Positions 37,935 through 48,035 of a stretch of 64,000 nucleotides of DNA are shown piece by piece. Source of the stretch: Candidatus Brocadiia bacterium (GTDB lineage Bacteria; Planctomycetota; B143-G9). Under the pieces are notes generated by a model. It was not told the origin of the DNA, made no database searches, and saw nothing but the letters and a program-made list of their open reading frames with translations. Numbering within the stretch: the stretch's first letter is position 1; the number at the start of each line of letters is the position of its first letter. Location of the stretch: the NCBI GenBank assembly GCA_041648755.1, contig JBAZOJ010000001.1, positions 335 through 64,334 on the forward strand, given 5' to 3'. A program made the translations under genes and the position numbers.

Positions 37935-38436
37935 ACTCGTCCCCAAGCTCGTTGATCAATTCCCGGAAAAGCCGCAGATCGTCGGTTGTTGAGCGACACT
38001 CCGGGACTTCGATTATGCCATCGAATCCAACAGGGGAAAACCGCAGAATCTGGTGCCCTTCGGTTGCTGCCCTTTCCACGAAACGCAGCCCTTTTTGTCT
38101 AACCATGTGCCATGCCATGAGACTGGCAATTCCTACCCATTTCTCAGACGCAGATAGACGGCGCAGAAGTTCTGCCGCCATTTCCGGTGGCATTTTGGAT
38201 CTTTCCGGCCTGCCTCGGTATACCCCGTGCCAATAGGAGACTCTTTCGCGGCTGTCCCCGCCGTTGTCCCAACATGCCGCGCAGTATGAACTCCTCTTCC
38301 AGCCTTCTCCCGAGATACCGACCAGAATTGAGTGAATAACCTGCCCCTCGCTGAAGAGGACTCCGCATGCGGTGCACTTTCGTGGGGGAGTGGGCACTGA
38401 ATCAGGGCTTCTCATCAGGCTCGAGCCCCGAGGCAA
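37924..38436 (-). CDS. Hypothetical protein with an N-terminal CxxC...CxxC zinc ribbon
   Basis: CTACG...CAAC pair of cysteine dyads. No other recognisable domain. Overlaps the neighbouring gene ends by a few nt. Confidence 0.4.
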   Translation of the reverse strand: MPRGSSLMRSPDSVPTPPRKCTACGVLFSEGQVIHSILVGISGEGWKRSSYCAACWDNGGDSRERVSYWHGVYRGRPERSKMPPEMAAELLRRLSASEKWVGIASLMAWHMVRQKGLRFVERAATEGHQILRFSPVGFDGIIEVPECRSTTDDLRLFRELINELGDEFSL

Positions 38437-39037
38437 TGCTCTTGGCTATCTTGCGGTGAGATTTCTCGCACATTCGCCCGTACTTGCTCAGGTTCTCGGA
38501 CAGAGAGGAGACCAACTGTGGGTCGTTTATCATCTTCATGTTAACCATTGCCGTAAATCGTGCTGATTCAAAGGATGCGCGAAGCAGGGAAGAGGCGGCC
38601 CCGACATTGGAGAGCACACTCGGAGCACAAGCACTGACGAGGGGCACCAGGGCGACAAGCGTGGTAGCCGCCTGTCCGGCCACCTCCAAAGGAACGCGTA
38701 CTGTGTCCCCCAGGGCCATCTGCAACCGTGCACCTCGCATTGCCCGCTGCGCGGCTGTTCCGCTTTGAATCTTGAGGTTCTCTCTGAACTGCGAGTATGC
38801 AGTCGCGTCGGCATCAACACGCTGCGCGAATTCATCCAGAGAGGACGAGAAGAAGTCTGACATTTGCGCAAGCTCTGGCGAAGCGCCGGGAGCCGCTGAG
38901 GAGATAGTGATGGCCATCAGTGCCATGGAGCACCCGAGGGCGCCAGCCAGCGCAGCGGTAGAACCGCCGCCCGGAACAGGATTCCCGTCTGCGGCCGCGG
39001 AAAGGTACTCTGCGAGAGACATTCCCAGTAAGGACAT
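38402..39037 (-). CDS. Methenyltetrahydrofolate cyclohydrolase / formimidoyltetrahydrofolate cyclodeaminase family protein
   Basis: LAEYLSAAADGNPVPGGGSTAALAGALGCSMALM matches the FTCD C-terminal (cyclodeaminase/cyclohydrolase) domain signature. About 211 aa. Confidence 0.75.
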   Translation of the reverse strand: MSLLGMSLAEYLSAAADGNPVPGGGSTAALAGALGCSMALMAITISSAAPGASPELAQMSDFFSSSLDEFAQRVDADATAYSQFRENLKIQSGTAAQRAMRGARLQMALGDTVRVPLEVAGQAATTLVALVPLVSACAPSVLSNVGAASSLLRASFESARFTAMVNMKMINDPQLVSSLSENLSKYGRMCEKSHRKIAKSIASGLEPDEKP

Positions 39038-39039
39038 TT

Positions 39040-40134
39040 CTACCTCGAGTCAGAAGGGAATACCGGAGGAATTACCGAAAGGGCGATACCCTCACACTCG
39101 GGACGCAATGCTGCCGCCAAGGCTTCGAGAGCCGGAGCCTCCGATGGTCCATGACCGACAATGAAGACCATATATCCTGCGCCAGCGGGGTTGAACAACT
39201 CGTGGTACTTTGCCTCGCCCGTAACGAATGCCGCGCAACCAGAGCGTCTTGCGGCCTGATAGCAGTCAAATGCCGCGCCTCCGGCAAACGCAACCTTCTT
39301 TAGCTTCTTTTCCGGCTTGAATGCAACGCACTCGACTCGGCTCACTCCAAGCATCTCCTTGGCAAGTTCAAGAAACCTGGCTGCATCGATCGGTGGATCG
39401 TATTCGCCAATCACTCCCATTGCGTACCGGGGATCCCGGTTCTCAAGTGGATAGACGTCGAAAGCCATCTCCTCATATGGGTGTGCGGCTCTTGCGGCAG
39501 CAATGATCTTGTCAATCTGCCGAGCCGGGACAACGGTCTCGATCCTGTCTTCGCCAACTCGCTCTCGACTCCCGGGTTGCCCGATGAACGGGCTTGTTCG
39601 GTCATTCCCTTTGAATGTACCCTCACCACCCAGGGCGAAGGTGCAATCGGAGTAGTTTCCAATATTCCCAGCGCCTGCCGCACAGATCGCGTCTCTCACT
39701 CTTTCCGAGTGGTCATGCGGGACAAACACCACGAACTTGAGCAGTCTTGCACTTGCTGCAGACTTCAGAGACCCAACTACGCGAGCCCCAAGTTTCTCGG
39801 CAAGGGCTCGCGAGACCAGCACGAAGTCAAGATTGGTGTGCGCAGCAATGCAGGAGATACCAGCTTTCGCCATCTCAATAATCGAATCCGCGATGGGTTC
39901 TCCCGCGACTACGCGCTTGATTCCGCCGAATATAGGAGGGTGATGGCAGACGATGACATTTGCTCCGGCCTGTACTGCCGCAGTCACGGAGTGGGGGGTA
40001 ATGTCCAGACACAGGGCGATCCCGGATACTTCATTATCCGGGAAGCCGACTATCAGTCCGACGTTGTCCCATTCTTCTGCCAATTCGACAGGTGCGATAG
40101 AAGCCACAATCCGGGCAAGTTCCCTGACTTTCAT
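39040..40134 (-). CDS. Nif3-family dinuclear metal centre protein (YqfO / GTP cyclohydrolase 1 type 2 homolog), long form
   Basis: Start at MKVRELARIV (M71 of the track ORF). EWDNVGL motif, HHP metal-binding site, C-terminal HGPSE region. Central insertion typical of the about 365-aa Nif3 forms. Confidence 0.8.
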   Translation of the reverse strand: MKVRELARIVASIAPVELAEEWDNVGLIVGFPDNEVSGIALCLDITPHSVTAAVQAGANVIVCHHPPIFGGIKRVVAGEPIADSIIEMAKAGISCIAAHTNLDFVLVSRALAEKLGARVVGSLKSAASARLLKFVVFVPHDHSERVRDAICAAGAGNIGNYSDCTFALGGEGTFKGNDRTSPFIGQPGSRERVGEDRIETVVPARQIDKIIAAARAAHPYEEMAFDVYPLENRDPRYAMGVIGEYDPPIDAARFLELAKEMLGVSRVECVAFKPEKKLKKVAFAGGAAFDCYQAARRSGCAAFVTGEAKYHELFNPAGAGYMVFIVGHGPSEAPALEALAAALRPECEGIALSVIPPVFPSDSR

Positions 40135-40179
40135 GGCGCCATTATAGCTTGAACTCGCAACGGGCCACCAGAAAAACAA

Positions 40180-40202
40180 AGGGGCGGCCGAGACCGCCCC
40201 TG
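40180..40202. terminator. GC-rich hairpin between the Nif3 gene start and the VIT-vWA gene end
   Basis: AGGGGCGGCcgagaCCGCCCCT palindrome in the 103-nt gap. Plausible terminator for the minus-strand gene ending at 40238. Confidence 0.4.
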
Positions 40203-40237
40203 ACAGGGGAACAGCTTCCAGGGAAGGAAGCACAGAA

Positions 40238-42958
40238 TTAGTTGAACATGAACCCCATGATGCCTGAGAGTCTCTCCTTGCATCCGGAGCTGAACAGGCT
40301 CTCTGAAGCGGGTGGGTCTTTGGCCGAAAAGCCGGACAGTACACGATATGGGATTTCGGACCGGCGATTGAGTTCAGCCCAGGACAGCCAGTAAATAAGG
40401 TCAGGAGATGAGATTCCCGATCGGAACGCCGGAGAGGATGACCAGCGAAGGATCAAGGCATATGATGCATCGCTGATGCCCAAGGCAAGCCCTTTGGAGA
40501 CTGACAAGGCTATTGGAGCATACTCCATCCATTTGCGCATATCGGCAACTGATTTGCCGACCGGAAGAACGGAGAAGATCGTCCCGGCAATGGCCACAAA
40601 GCGCTCTCTTACGGCCGATATGAAAGTCTCAGGCAGGTTTCCGCCGCGCTCGACTATCCGTGAAGTGAAGAAGGAGATGGCGACCGCATACTCTTCAGAC
40701 GCAGTTGCCAGAATCCGAGAGACATCTTCGGCTGCAAGAACCTGAAGCGATGCCTTGGCGATATCTGACATACCATCTTTGTTGGAGGCGGTTCCGAGCA
40801 GTGCGCAAACGGCAATTGTCTGTTCGAGCAGATCGCTGCTGATTTTTCCGTCCTGGCAATGTACTGCCAGCCAGGCAGTAGAACGAGATAGAGCATCCTT
40901 GTCGTCCGCAGAGGGGTGCAATTTGACTTGGATGCAATAAGCCAAAAGGGCGTGTGCAAGAACTTGTTTGGGCAGCAGTGAGCCATCACCGGCGAGAAGT
41001 GCGTTCTCTTCGTTGAACCAACCCTTGTAATATGGAGTGTCATCGAGTTTTTTCTTCTGGTCGGATTTCTCGAGAGACTCCTTCGCTGGTGGGCCAGAAG
41101 GCTGAGGCTGATTTGCTGGTGCGGCGGCTGGCGGTGCGCCAGTTGCTTGACCTTGCGCCTTGCTCTTCGCAACTCCCTGGCCCGGTCCGCCAGCATCTTT
41201 CAGGGCATCCTGTGACTCTTCTTCAGCCAGCACCTGCTGTTCCTTGTCAGACAATTCCGAGAACACGAAACTCGTGTATTGCGTCGTGATGAGATAGCGT
41301 TTGGACAATGAAATGATCTCAGATTTCCTGGCCTCTGAGGTCGGGAAGATGACATCGTCATCCGCAAGAGCCTGGAGTCGTCGGATGCCCCATGCCTGAT
41401 CGAGGAAGGGACAATCCTGACGAGCTGCAGTCGCATTTACATCCACGGAAGCGGCCCAGTCGCCCTGAGTTGTCTTGGATGAGATTTCCATCCTGGCTTG
41501 AGAGTTCTTCGCAAGTCGGCCGTAAACGATCAGGGGTTCCTCTGCGTAAAGAAGCGACAGCCGCTGCGGATAGCGCTCATAACCGGTCTTGTCGCTTGTG
41601 CTCAGGGATAACGAGAATCCCGCGATTGTGTCAAGGCGATCCTGTATCCCTTTCACTGCCGGCGGAATATCCTCGATCTTGACGACGTGGACATAGTGGC
41701 CCCCGCTGTACCGGGCTGCTGACCGGAGGAGAGGGACATTTACGTCCAATCCGATCCCGAAAGCATAAATGGGTATGTCAAAGCTGCAGGCCTGCTCAAT
41801 CCCCTGAACGAACTCCAGGGGTGATGTCTTGTTGCATTGGCCGTCAGTAATGAGGATCAGAGCCGAAGGTTTCGACCTGTCGAGTCGCAATTGCTCCATG
41901 CCAGATAGCGTGGGGCCGAGGATGTAGGTGCCGCCCTCTGCATTGTAGGTTCCCATGAAATCCAAAGCCGCCTTCTTCCCTGCATCATCGGCAAGGAAGG
42001 GCAGGGGAGCAGCGCTCCAGGAGTCGAGGTCGAATATCACGAGATTGAACGAGTCCACTGGCCGCAGGTTTGCGATAAATCCTTTCAGCGCTTCGCAGGC
42101 CAAGCTGAACTTGTTACCATCCTGCATCGAACCAGACTTGTCAAGCAGCACGACGAATGAACGCGGCTGGGCGCTCGGGTCTGCCTTTGGAGGAATGGCA
42201 AGCAGGCAGAAGTACGGGTCCTCAGTCTCAGAGGTTCTCAGAAGGACATACGGCACTCCAGGTTTCAGGTCGAGAGTGTAGTCCATTACGAAGTCCTTGG
42301 CAATGCTGGCGATGTCCTCGACAGCGAGCGTGCCGCTCTTACCGTTGATGTTGCCAGCGAGGGTATGGCTCGGAGCAGTTACAGAGAGGACATCTGCAGT
42401 ACAACTGAAGGCAATATCCATTGTGTAACTGGCAGGAACCTTCATTTCGGTGTTGAACTTGGATACCCCGAATTCGTAATGCCATTGCCCCTTCCTGTAG
42501 ATGGCCTCTTCGATGTAGGAAACGACGAAATTGAACTCCTGCCCTCCCTTGACGAGCGACAGTTCGACGTGGAGAAGGCCGTCTGTTTCCTCAGCTAACG
42601 CGGCAGCCTTCTGCTGGTTGCGGGAGGCTTCCACTATTTTCCGGGCGGTCTCTTTGGTCTCAATTCTCCCAACGAATTTCTTTCCATCAACCTCCGCCTC
42701 CAACCGCGAAGCGTGCGCTCCGTTCGGAAGCCTCACGTCAAGGAAACAGGGCAGATCTTTTGGGCCGGAGTTTATGATGTACTGAGTAATACTGGTGCGG
42801 ACCAGGTGGTCGTAGACCTCAACTGTGATCGCTTGACGGCGCACCACAAATGGGTTTGCCTCGCCCTGTTGAGTCGAGATCATAGGTAGCGCAGAAAGCT
42901 GTGTCCAAGCGAGTCCCAGGATGACGGTGCAAATTCCGAGTAACAGCAGTTTCTTCAT
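40238..42958 (-). CDS. Secreted VIT (vault inter-alpha-trypsin) domain plus von Willebrand factor A domain protein
   Basis: Signal peptide. N-terminal VIT-like region. vWA MIDAS motif VVLLDKSGSM with downstream ILITDG. Long C-terminal alpha-helical region with a Pro/Ala/Gln-rich linker. 906 aa. Confidence 0.8.
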   Translation of the reverse strand: MKKLLLLGICTVILGLAWTQLSALPMISTQQGEANPFVVRRQAITVEVYDHLVRTSITQYIINSGPKDLPCFLDVRLPNGAHASRLEAEVDGKKFVGRIETKETARKIVEASRNQQKAAALAEETDGLLHVELSLVKGGQEFNFVVSYIEEAIYRKGQWHYEFGVSKFNTEMKVPASYTMDIAFSCTADVLSVTAPSHTLAGNINGKSGTLAVEDIASIAKDFVMDYTLDLKPGVPYVLLRTSETEDPYFCLLAIPPKADPSAQPRSFVVLLDKSGSMQDGNKFSLACEALKGFIANLRPVDSFNLVIFDLDSWSAAPLPFLADDAGKKAALDFMGTYNAEGGTYILGPTLSGMEQLRLDRSKPSALILITDGQCNKTSPLEFVQGIEQACSFDIPIYAFGIGLDVNVPLLRSAARYSGGHYVHVVKIEDIPPAVKGIQDRLDTIAGFSLSLSTSDKTGYERYPQRLSLLYAEEPLIVYGRLAKNSQARMEISSKTTQGDWAASVDVNATAARQDCPFLDQAWGIRRLQALADDDVIFPTSEARKSEIISLSKRYLITTQYTSFVFSELSDKEQQVLAEEESQDALKDAGGPGQGVAKSKAQGQATGAPPAAAPANQPQPSGPPAKESLEKSDQKKKLDDTPYYKGWFNEENALLAGDGSLLPKQVLAHALLAYCIQVKLHPSADDKDALSRSTAWLAVHCQDGKISSDLLEQTIAVCALLGTASNKDGMSDIAKASLQVLAAEDVSRILATASEEYAVAISFFTSRIVERGGNLPETFISAVRERFVAIAGTIFSVLPVGKSVADMRKWMEYAPIALSVSKGLALGISDASYALILRWSSSPAFRSGISSPDLIYWLSWAELNRRSEIPYRVLSGFSAKDPPASESLFSSGCKERLSGIMGFMFN

Positions 42959-43085
42959 TGTTCCTCCTCATGGCTTCCAGATAGGGGACGCACGGACTAA
43001 GGTCTATTCACGAAAAAGACGTACCTTGTCTGGAGAAGGTGAAGTAAAGACGTGCCATTTCAGGTTGCTCTGATATAATCATGGT

Positions 43086-44438
43086 ATGCGCGTATTGTCT
43101 TGGGGCGTCTCTGACCAAGGCCCCGTTCGTAAGAGGAACGAGGATGCTTTGCTGCACGATCCCAGCAACGGTCTCTTTGCCGTGGCTGATGGCATGGGTG
43201 GCCATCGTGCTGGAGATGAAGCTTCTCTCCAGACAATATCCACTATCGCCGCTTTCCTCAAGAGAAATCGGGATGCTAAGACGCCTCTCGACAACTTGAC
43301 GATGGAGGCTATCTCTGCCGCTAACTCTGCCATGTATGAGAAGCAGGCCGATTTACCAGGGCAACTGAAAATGGGTTCGACCATAGTTTTGCTTTGGCTG
43401 CTTGGCGACAGAGCGATAGTTGCCAGTGCAGGCGATTCCAGATGCTACAGGTTTCGCAAGTCCCGACTGTCGTGCCTGACGATCGATCACAATCTCCTTG
43501 GCGGAGTCTCCGTTGGTCCTGGCAAAGGGAACGAAAGAAACGGCTTGCTCAAATCCACGCTGACAAAGGTTGTCGGGATCAACCCCGTGCTGGTTTGTGA
43601 TATCGGAATCGAGAAGGTCGAAAAGGGTGACCTGTTCCTTCTCTGTTCTGACGGCCTTACGAATGTCCTCAGCGACAAGGAGATTGGCGAGATAATCCGC
43701 GGCAATCTACGCGACGCAAGGGCTGCTGGCGAGGCACTGATGCGCAGAGCCCTTGATCTGACTCCCCGCGACAACGTCTCAATCGTCATTGTCGCAGTTG
43801 AGGAGACGCTGCCCCTGGCATATCCTGTCAGGCTCAGTCGAGGACCCATTCGACCTTCTGTGGTGCCTTGGGTTTTCGCTTTGATTGTGGCTGTGTTTCT
43901 TCTTGCGGGGGGCTATTACCTCAGCAACAGATTCGGCAACACGGATCCGTTCAACTCTCTTTCCGTGGCTCTTGCCCGGGGAGATTACAACGCAGCGATG
44001 CGTGACCTGCTCGCGGCCCGGAAAGAAGGGCAGGGGGATGAGAAGAGAACTGCTGCGCTCGGAATTGCTGAATCCGAGATCCTCTGGAATCGCTCGCCGG
44101 TGAGCCCCGATAGTCAGGCAATTACGATAAGCTTCGCAAGTGTTCTTGCGTTAGCCGAGTCAAAGCATCTGGACTTGTCTGCGCCCGAGTACTGGCTTGT
44201 ACACCCTCCTGAAGAGTTGATGCTGTTGCTCCGGGAGATCGCAGCGGAAAGATGGAAAGGAACAGAACTATCCGGCGGACTTGGATTGGAGGGAATTTCA
44301 GAGGCGGAGAAGACCCGCCTCAATCTGATTCTGGACGAAGCGCGCGAACTATACTGTGAGCATTTCAGGATTAGCGCGGCCTTGCGACTGCTTGAGCAAG
44401 TGCGCGCGGAGGCGATCAAGGCACGAAAGAAGGAATAG
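43086..44438 (+). CDS. PP2C-family serine/threonine phosphatase with C-terminal TM segment and helical extension
   Basis: GMGGH...GD metal-binding motifs (FAVADGMGGHRAGDEAS, LLCSDGLTN). TM helix WVFALIVAVFLLAGGYYL. TATAAT box about 10 nt upstream of the ATG. Confidence 0.85.
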   Translation: MRVLSWGVSDQGPVRKRNEDALLHDPSNGLFAVADGMGGHRAGDEASLQTISTIAAFLKRNRDAKTPLDNLTMEAISAANSAMYEKQADLPGQLKMGSTIVLLWLLGDRAIVASAGDSRCYRFRKSRLSCLTIDHNLLGGVSVGPGKGNERNGLLKSTLTKVVGINPVLVCDIGIEKVEKGDLFLLCSDGLTNVLSDKEIGEIIRGNLRDARAAGEALMRRALDLTPRDNVSIVIVAVEETLPLAYPVRLSRGPIRPSVVPWVFALIVAVFLLAGGYYLSNRFGNTDPFNSLSVALARGDYNAAMRDLLAARKEGQGDEKRTAALGIAESEILWNRSPVSPDSQAITISFASVLALAESKHLDLSAPEYWLVHPPEELMLLLREIAAERWKGTELSGGLGLEGISEAEKTRLNLILDEARELYCEHFRISAALRLLEQVRAEAIKARKKE

Positions 44439-46028
44439 TTGGATAACCGCAGGATTCTGATTATCGACGACGACCCGGCCATCAGAGAGGATTACAAGAG
44501 GATTCTCTCGCCGGAAGCCATTCCGTCGCTCTCGAAGATCGATGAATTGGAGCGTGAGCTTTTCAAGAAGGGCTCTGAGCACAGTTCCGAGGATCTGCCT
44601 CAATTTGACCTGGCATTTGCCTCTCAAGGAAGGCAGGGCTATGAACTCGCCGTTCAAGCCATTGCAGAAGAAAAGCCATTTGCAGTGGCATTTGTCGATA
44701 TCCGCATGCCACCAGGCTGGGATGGGATGGAGACGGCATCACGAATCCGCTTCCACGACAAGGATATCGAGATTGTAATTGTCACAGCCTACTCTGACAA
44801 GGATCGGAAGAGCCTGGTTGCAGCTCTTGAAGACCCAAGCAAGTTGCTCTATCTGAAGAAGCCATTCGACCCGGACGAAATCCGACAGCTCGCGCATTCT
44901 CTAACGGAAAAATGGAATCTCCAGCATCGCGAGCGCGAGTACCGCAAGTACATGGAGAGCCTGCTGGACCTGTTCTCTTCGCTTCGGCTGGAAGCAGAAA
45001 ACGAACAGGGCTTGCTCGCGTTTCTTCTTGAGAAGATCGCCAGTTTCTTTCACGCGACATCCGCAGTCGCTCACTACAAAGGGATACATAATCTGGAGTT
45101 TGTCACTGACTATCCGTCCGAGCTTGTCGGGCCGCGGCCTGATATCCCGAACCCGGTACCTGACAAAGTATCGATACTGCCGGGAAACCTACTGCTGATT
45201 CCTATGAAGATCGCTGGTGGAGAAGCGCAGGCCATCTTGAGGCTTCCGGCCGGGAAGATTGCCTCCGCTAACGCGGTAGTCCTCGGAGGAATAATCGGGC
45301 ACAACGTCACCAACATTTTCAACGGCTACCTCTTCCAGAGACAGTTGATCGAGAAGAACAGCTCTGAAGCGGTCGGAAACGCCGTATACCGAATCATACA
45401 TGACATCAACAACCCGCTGAGCGCGATCATTGGCTTTGCCACGCTCATTGAAAAAGGGCGCAGCCCGAACGAAAAGGACCTGCGTCGGGTGCGGAATATC
45501 ATTTCAGCCGCTGAGAACATTCGTCGGCTGACTGATTCGCTTCACGACCTCATTTCCGAGGACATTCACATTGTGATCGACAGCGTTGACTTGAAGGAAC
45601 TGGTCACCGAAGTTGCTGCGGGATTTGCCGAGAAATGTATGAAGGCTGAGGTGGAACTGGTCCTCGACATACCGAGCGTTCCGGTGCTGCTGAATGTTGA
45701 TCGAGAGAGGATTGCGCGATGCCTTGCGGAACTACTTGAGAACTCGCTGGAAGCGGCTGACAAGAGCAGGGCGCAGAAGCGGGTGGAAATCTCGCTCCGG
45801 GACGACCATGCAGCGGTGACCATCGTGGTCAAGGATACCGGAGTTGGCATTCCTCCTGAAGTCCTTCCCAGGGTCTGGATGCCGTTCTTCTCATACGGCC
45901 GAAAGAATCGTCTTGGGCTTGGGCTTCCTCTCGTTCGGAAGTTGGCCGCCCTGTTTCGGGGTGAGGTGGACATCAGCAGTGAGACCAATCAAGGCACTTC
46001 TGTCCGAATAACGTTCACCCGCTCCTGA
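44439..46028 (+). CDS. Hybrid response-regulator receiver / histidine kinase
   Basis: TTG start immediately after the PP2C stop. N-terminal REC domain (ILIIDDDPAIRE...VDIRMPPGWDG...KKPF). H-box IHDINNPLSAI. HATPase_c G-boxes (VKDTGVGIPPE, GLGLGLPLV). Confidence 0.8.
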   Translation: MDNRRILIIDDDPAIREDYKRILSPEAIPSLSKIDELERELFKKGSEHSSEDLPQFDLAFASQGRQGYELAVQAIAEEKPFAVAFVDIRMPPGWDGMETASRIRFHDKDIEIVIVTAYSDKDRKSLVAALEDPSKLLYLKKPFDPDEIRQLAHSLTEKWNLQHREREYRKYMESLLDLFSSLRLEAENEQGLLAFLLEKIASFFHATSAVAHYKGIHNLEFVTDYPSELVGPRPDIPNPVPDKVSILPGNLLLIPMKIAGGEAQAILRLPAGKIASANAVVLGGIIGHNVTNIFNGYLFQRQLIEKNSSEAVGNAVYRIIHDINNPLSAIIGFATLIEKGRSPNEKDLRRVRNIISAAENIRRLTDSLHDLISEDIHIVIDSVDLKELVTEVAAGFAEKCMKAEVELVLDIPSVPVLLNVDRERIARCLAELLENSLEAADKSRAQKRVEISLRDDHAAVTIVVKDTGVGIPPEVLPRVWMPFFSYGRKNRLGLGLPLVRKLAALFRGEVDISSETNQGTSVRITFTRS

Positions 46029-46031
46029 CGG

Positions 46032-48035
46032 CTATTTGTTGTCGGTAAGTGCGAAGATTCTCTCGTAGATCGCTGCGGCTATCGGAGCGGCGACTTTTCC
46101 GCCGGTGCCGGCTTTTTCGCACATTACGACGATAACCAATCCCGGCTTCCCGACAGGTCCGAAGGAGGCGAACCATGAGTGCGTTGGGGCGTCCTTTGCT
46201 CCGTACTCCGCGCTTCCAGTCTTCCCGGCGATCTTCTCATGGCAATTCGGCCTTGCGGTGTAACCAGTGCCGCCTGGCTCATTGCTGACACGCGCAAGAG
46301 CAGCATTTATGCGATCGAATGTCCCGTCCGATATCTGGAGCTTCTCTCGCGTTGGATAATACTGCACCCGAAGCATGGTCGGCTTGACCAGAAAGCCGCC
46401 GTTCGCGAAGGCGGCCATCATCCTTGCCACTTGCAGTGGAGTGACAAGAAGAGTGCCTTGCCCGATAGCATATTGATACTTCGAGATCGAGTCCCAGTCC
46501 ATACGGTACAAGCCAGAGATGTTCCCGGGTTTCTCAAATGGCAGTTCGACCCCCGTGCGCTCCCCAAATCCGAATAGCCCGGCAAATTTCCCGATTGACT
46601 CCATCGACAGGTTCTTCTGGTTGGCCAGATGGAAGAAGTACTTGTTGCAGGAGACCTTCAGTGCCTCTGCCAAGCTGACGCTTCCATGCGCGGCGTCTCC
46701 GTAACAGCGGATGCGTCTGCCTCCGTAACTGAAGTCTGAAGTGCAGGTAAACCTGGTTTCGTCATCAACGACACCCAGCTCAAGACCTGCCGCTGCCATC
46801 ACGATCTTGAATACTGAACCGGGAGGATAAAGGCCCTGAGTTGGCCTATTGAGCAGCGGTCTGTCAGGATCTGCTGAGATTTCCCGGAATCGAGAAGATG
46901 AGATTCCATCGGAAAACTCCGAAGGGGAGATTGATGGATTGCTGACGTAGGCCAATATTTCGCCAGTTTCAGGTTCCATGACAACAATCGAACCCGTTTG
47001 ATCCCCGATCTCCTCCCGAGCGATCTTCTGGAAGCGAACGTCGATGGATGAGATGATATCGCTGCCGTTTCGGGGCTTCACGTCGTCAAGGCACTTCTCC
47101 TCACCGGTCCTGAGGCGAATCTTTCTGAGAAGACCGGAAGAACCTCTGATCTGCGATTCGAAGGACCGCTCAAGGCCTGTGGCGCCCACCGTCTCGTCGA
47201 GAAGGCGTGAGGTAGTACGCAAGTATGTGGAATCCACATCCGACAGACTCATCAACCCGCTGATGAATCCGTACTCCTCAAGAACCTCCATATCTGATTG
47301 AGACACTGCGCGAAGGTAGCCCGTCACTTGGTAGAGATCCTCACCCCACGGGTAAGTACGGCGCAAAGAAGGAATGATCGTCCAGCCCGGGTAATCACTT
47401 GGATACGCCGAGATCTCCGATGCGAGATCGTCAGGAATCGTCCGGGCAACGACTATCGGCGTCCAACTACTCTCCCATCCGCGGGAGACGCGCAGCAGCG
47501 CCGTGGTGATCGAAGATGCAAGCTCAGTGACACCGACCCGGCCCTCGCACGCCTTCGAAATGCCAGCGACAGTCTCCGAACGACTCAGCAGCAGGTTCAC
47601 CTTTGCGCGATCGGCTGCTATCCTCTCGTCTATCGCGGTCCGGGCATCATCCGAGAGCATCGGGTCCAACCGATCAGAGTAAAGCCGAGAGATCCTTCCC
47701 CGATACCATTTCGCGTCAAATCCTTCAAAGCGGGAAGCACCAAGCACAACAGCCAGTGAGTAAGTGAGCTTGTTGGCAGCAATAACGACTCCGTTCCGGT
47801 CAAGGATTCGGCCTCTCCCCGCAGGAAGGTAAGCGGTTGACAAGAATCGGTTGGATGCCAGCGCCAAATACCGATCCGAGTCAAGGATCTGCCATTCGAA
47901 GCATCGCAATACGAAGAGAAGTAGAACTGCCACAAACCCAATGACGAGGAATTTTCCAAACGGACGAGTCACGCGGTAACTCCAGCAGATGACCAATACA
48001 GGGGAGGGGGGAAGTTGGCCAAACCGCGACTCCAT
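46032..48035 (-). CDS. mrdA: Penicillin-binding protein 2 (peptidoglycan D,D-transpeptidase)
   Basis: N-terminal TM segment and PBP dimerisation domain. Active-site S-V-F-K (SxxK), SxN region and KTG(S) motif. 667 aa. Confidence 0.85.
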   Translation of the reverse strand: MESRFGQLPPSPVLVICWSYRVTRPFGKFLVIGFVAVLLLFVLRCFEWQILDSDRYLALASNRFLSTAYLPAGRGRILDRNGVVIAANKLTYSLAVVLGASRFEGFDAKWYRGRISRLYSDRLDPMLSDDARTAIDERIAADRAKVNLLLSRSETVAGISKACEGRVGVTELASSITTALLRVSRGWESSWTPIVVARTIPDDLASEISAYPSDYPGWTIIPSLRRTYPWGEDLYQVTGYLRAVSQSDMEVLEEYGFISGLMSLSDVDSTYLRTTSRLLDETVGATGLERSFESQIRGSSGLLRKIRLRTGEEKCLDDVKPRNGSDIISSIDVRFQKIAREEIGDQTGSIVVMEPETGEILAYVSNPSISPSEFSDGISSSRFREISADPDRPLLNRPTQGLYPPGSVFKIVMAAAGLELGVVDDETRFTCTSDFSYGGRRIRCYGDAAHGSVSLAEALKVSCNKYFFHLANQKNLSMESIGKFAGLFGFGERTGVELPFEKPGNISGLYRMDWDSISKYQYAIGQGTLLVTPLQVARMMAAFANGGFLVKPTMLRVQYYPTREKLQISDGTFDRINAALARVSNEPGGTGYTARPNCHEKIAGKTGSAEYGAKDAPTHSWFASFGPVGKPGLVIVVMCEKAGTGGKVAAPIAAAIYERIFALTDNK

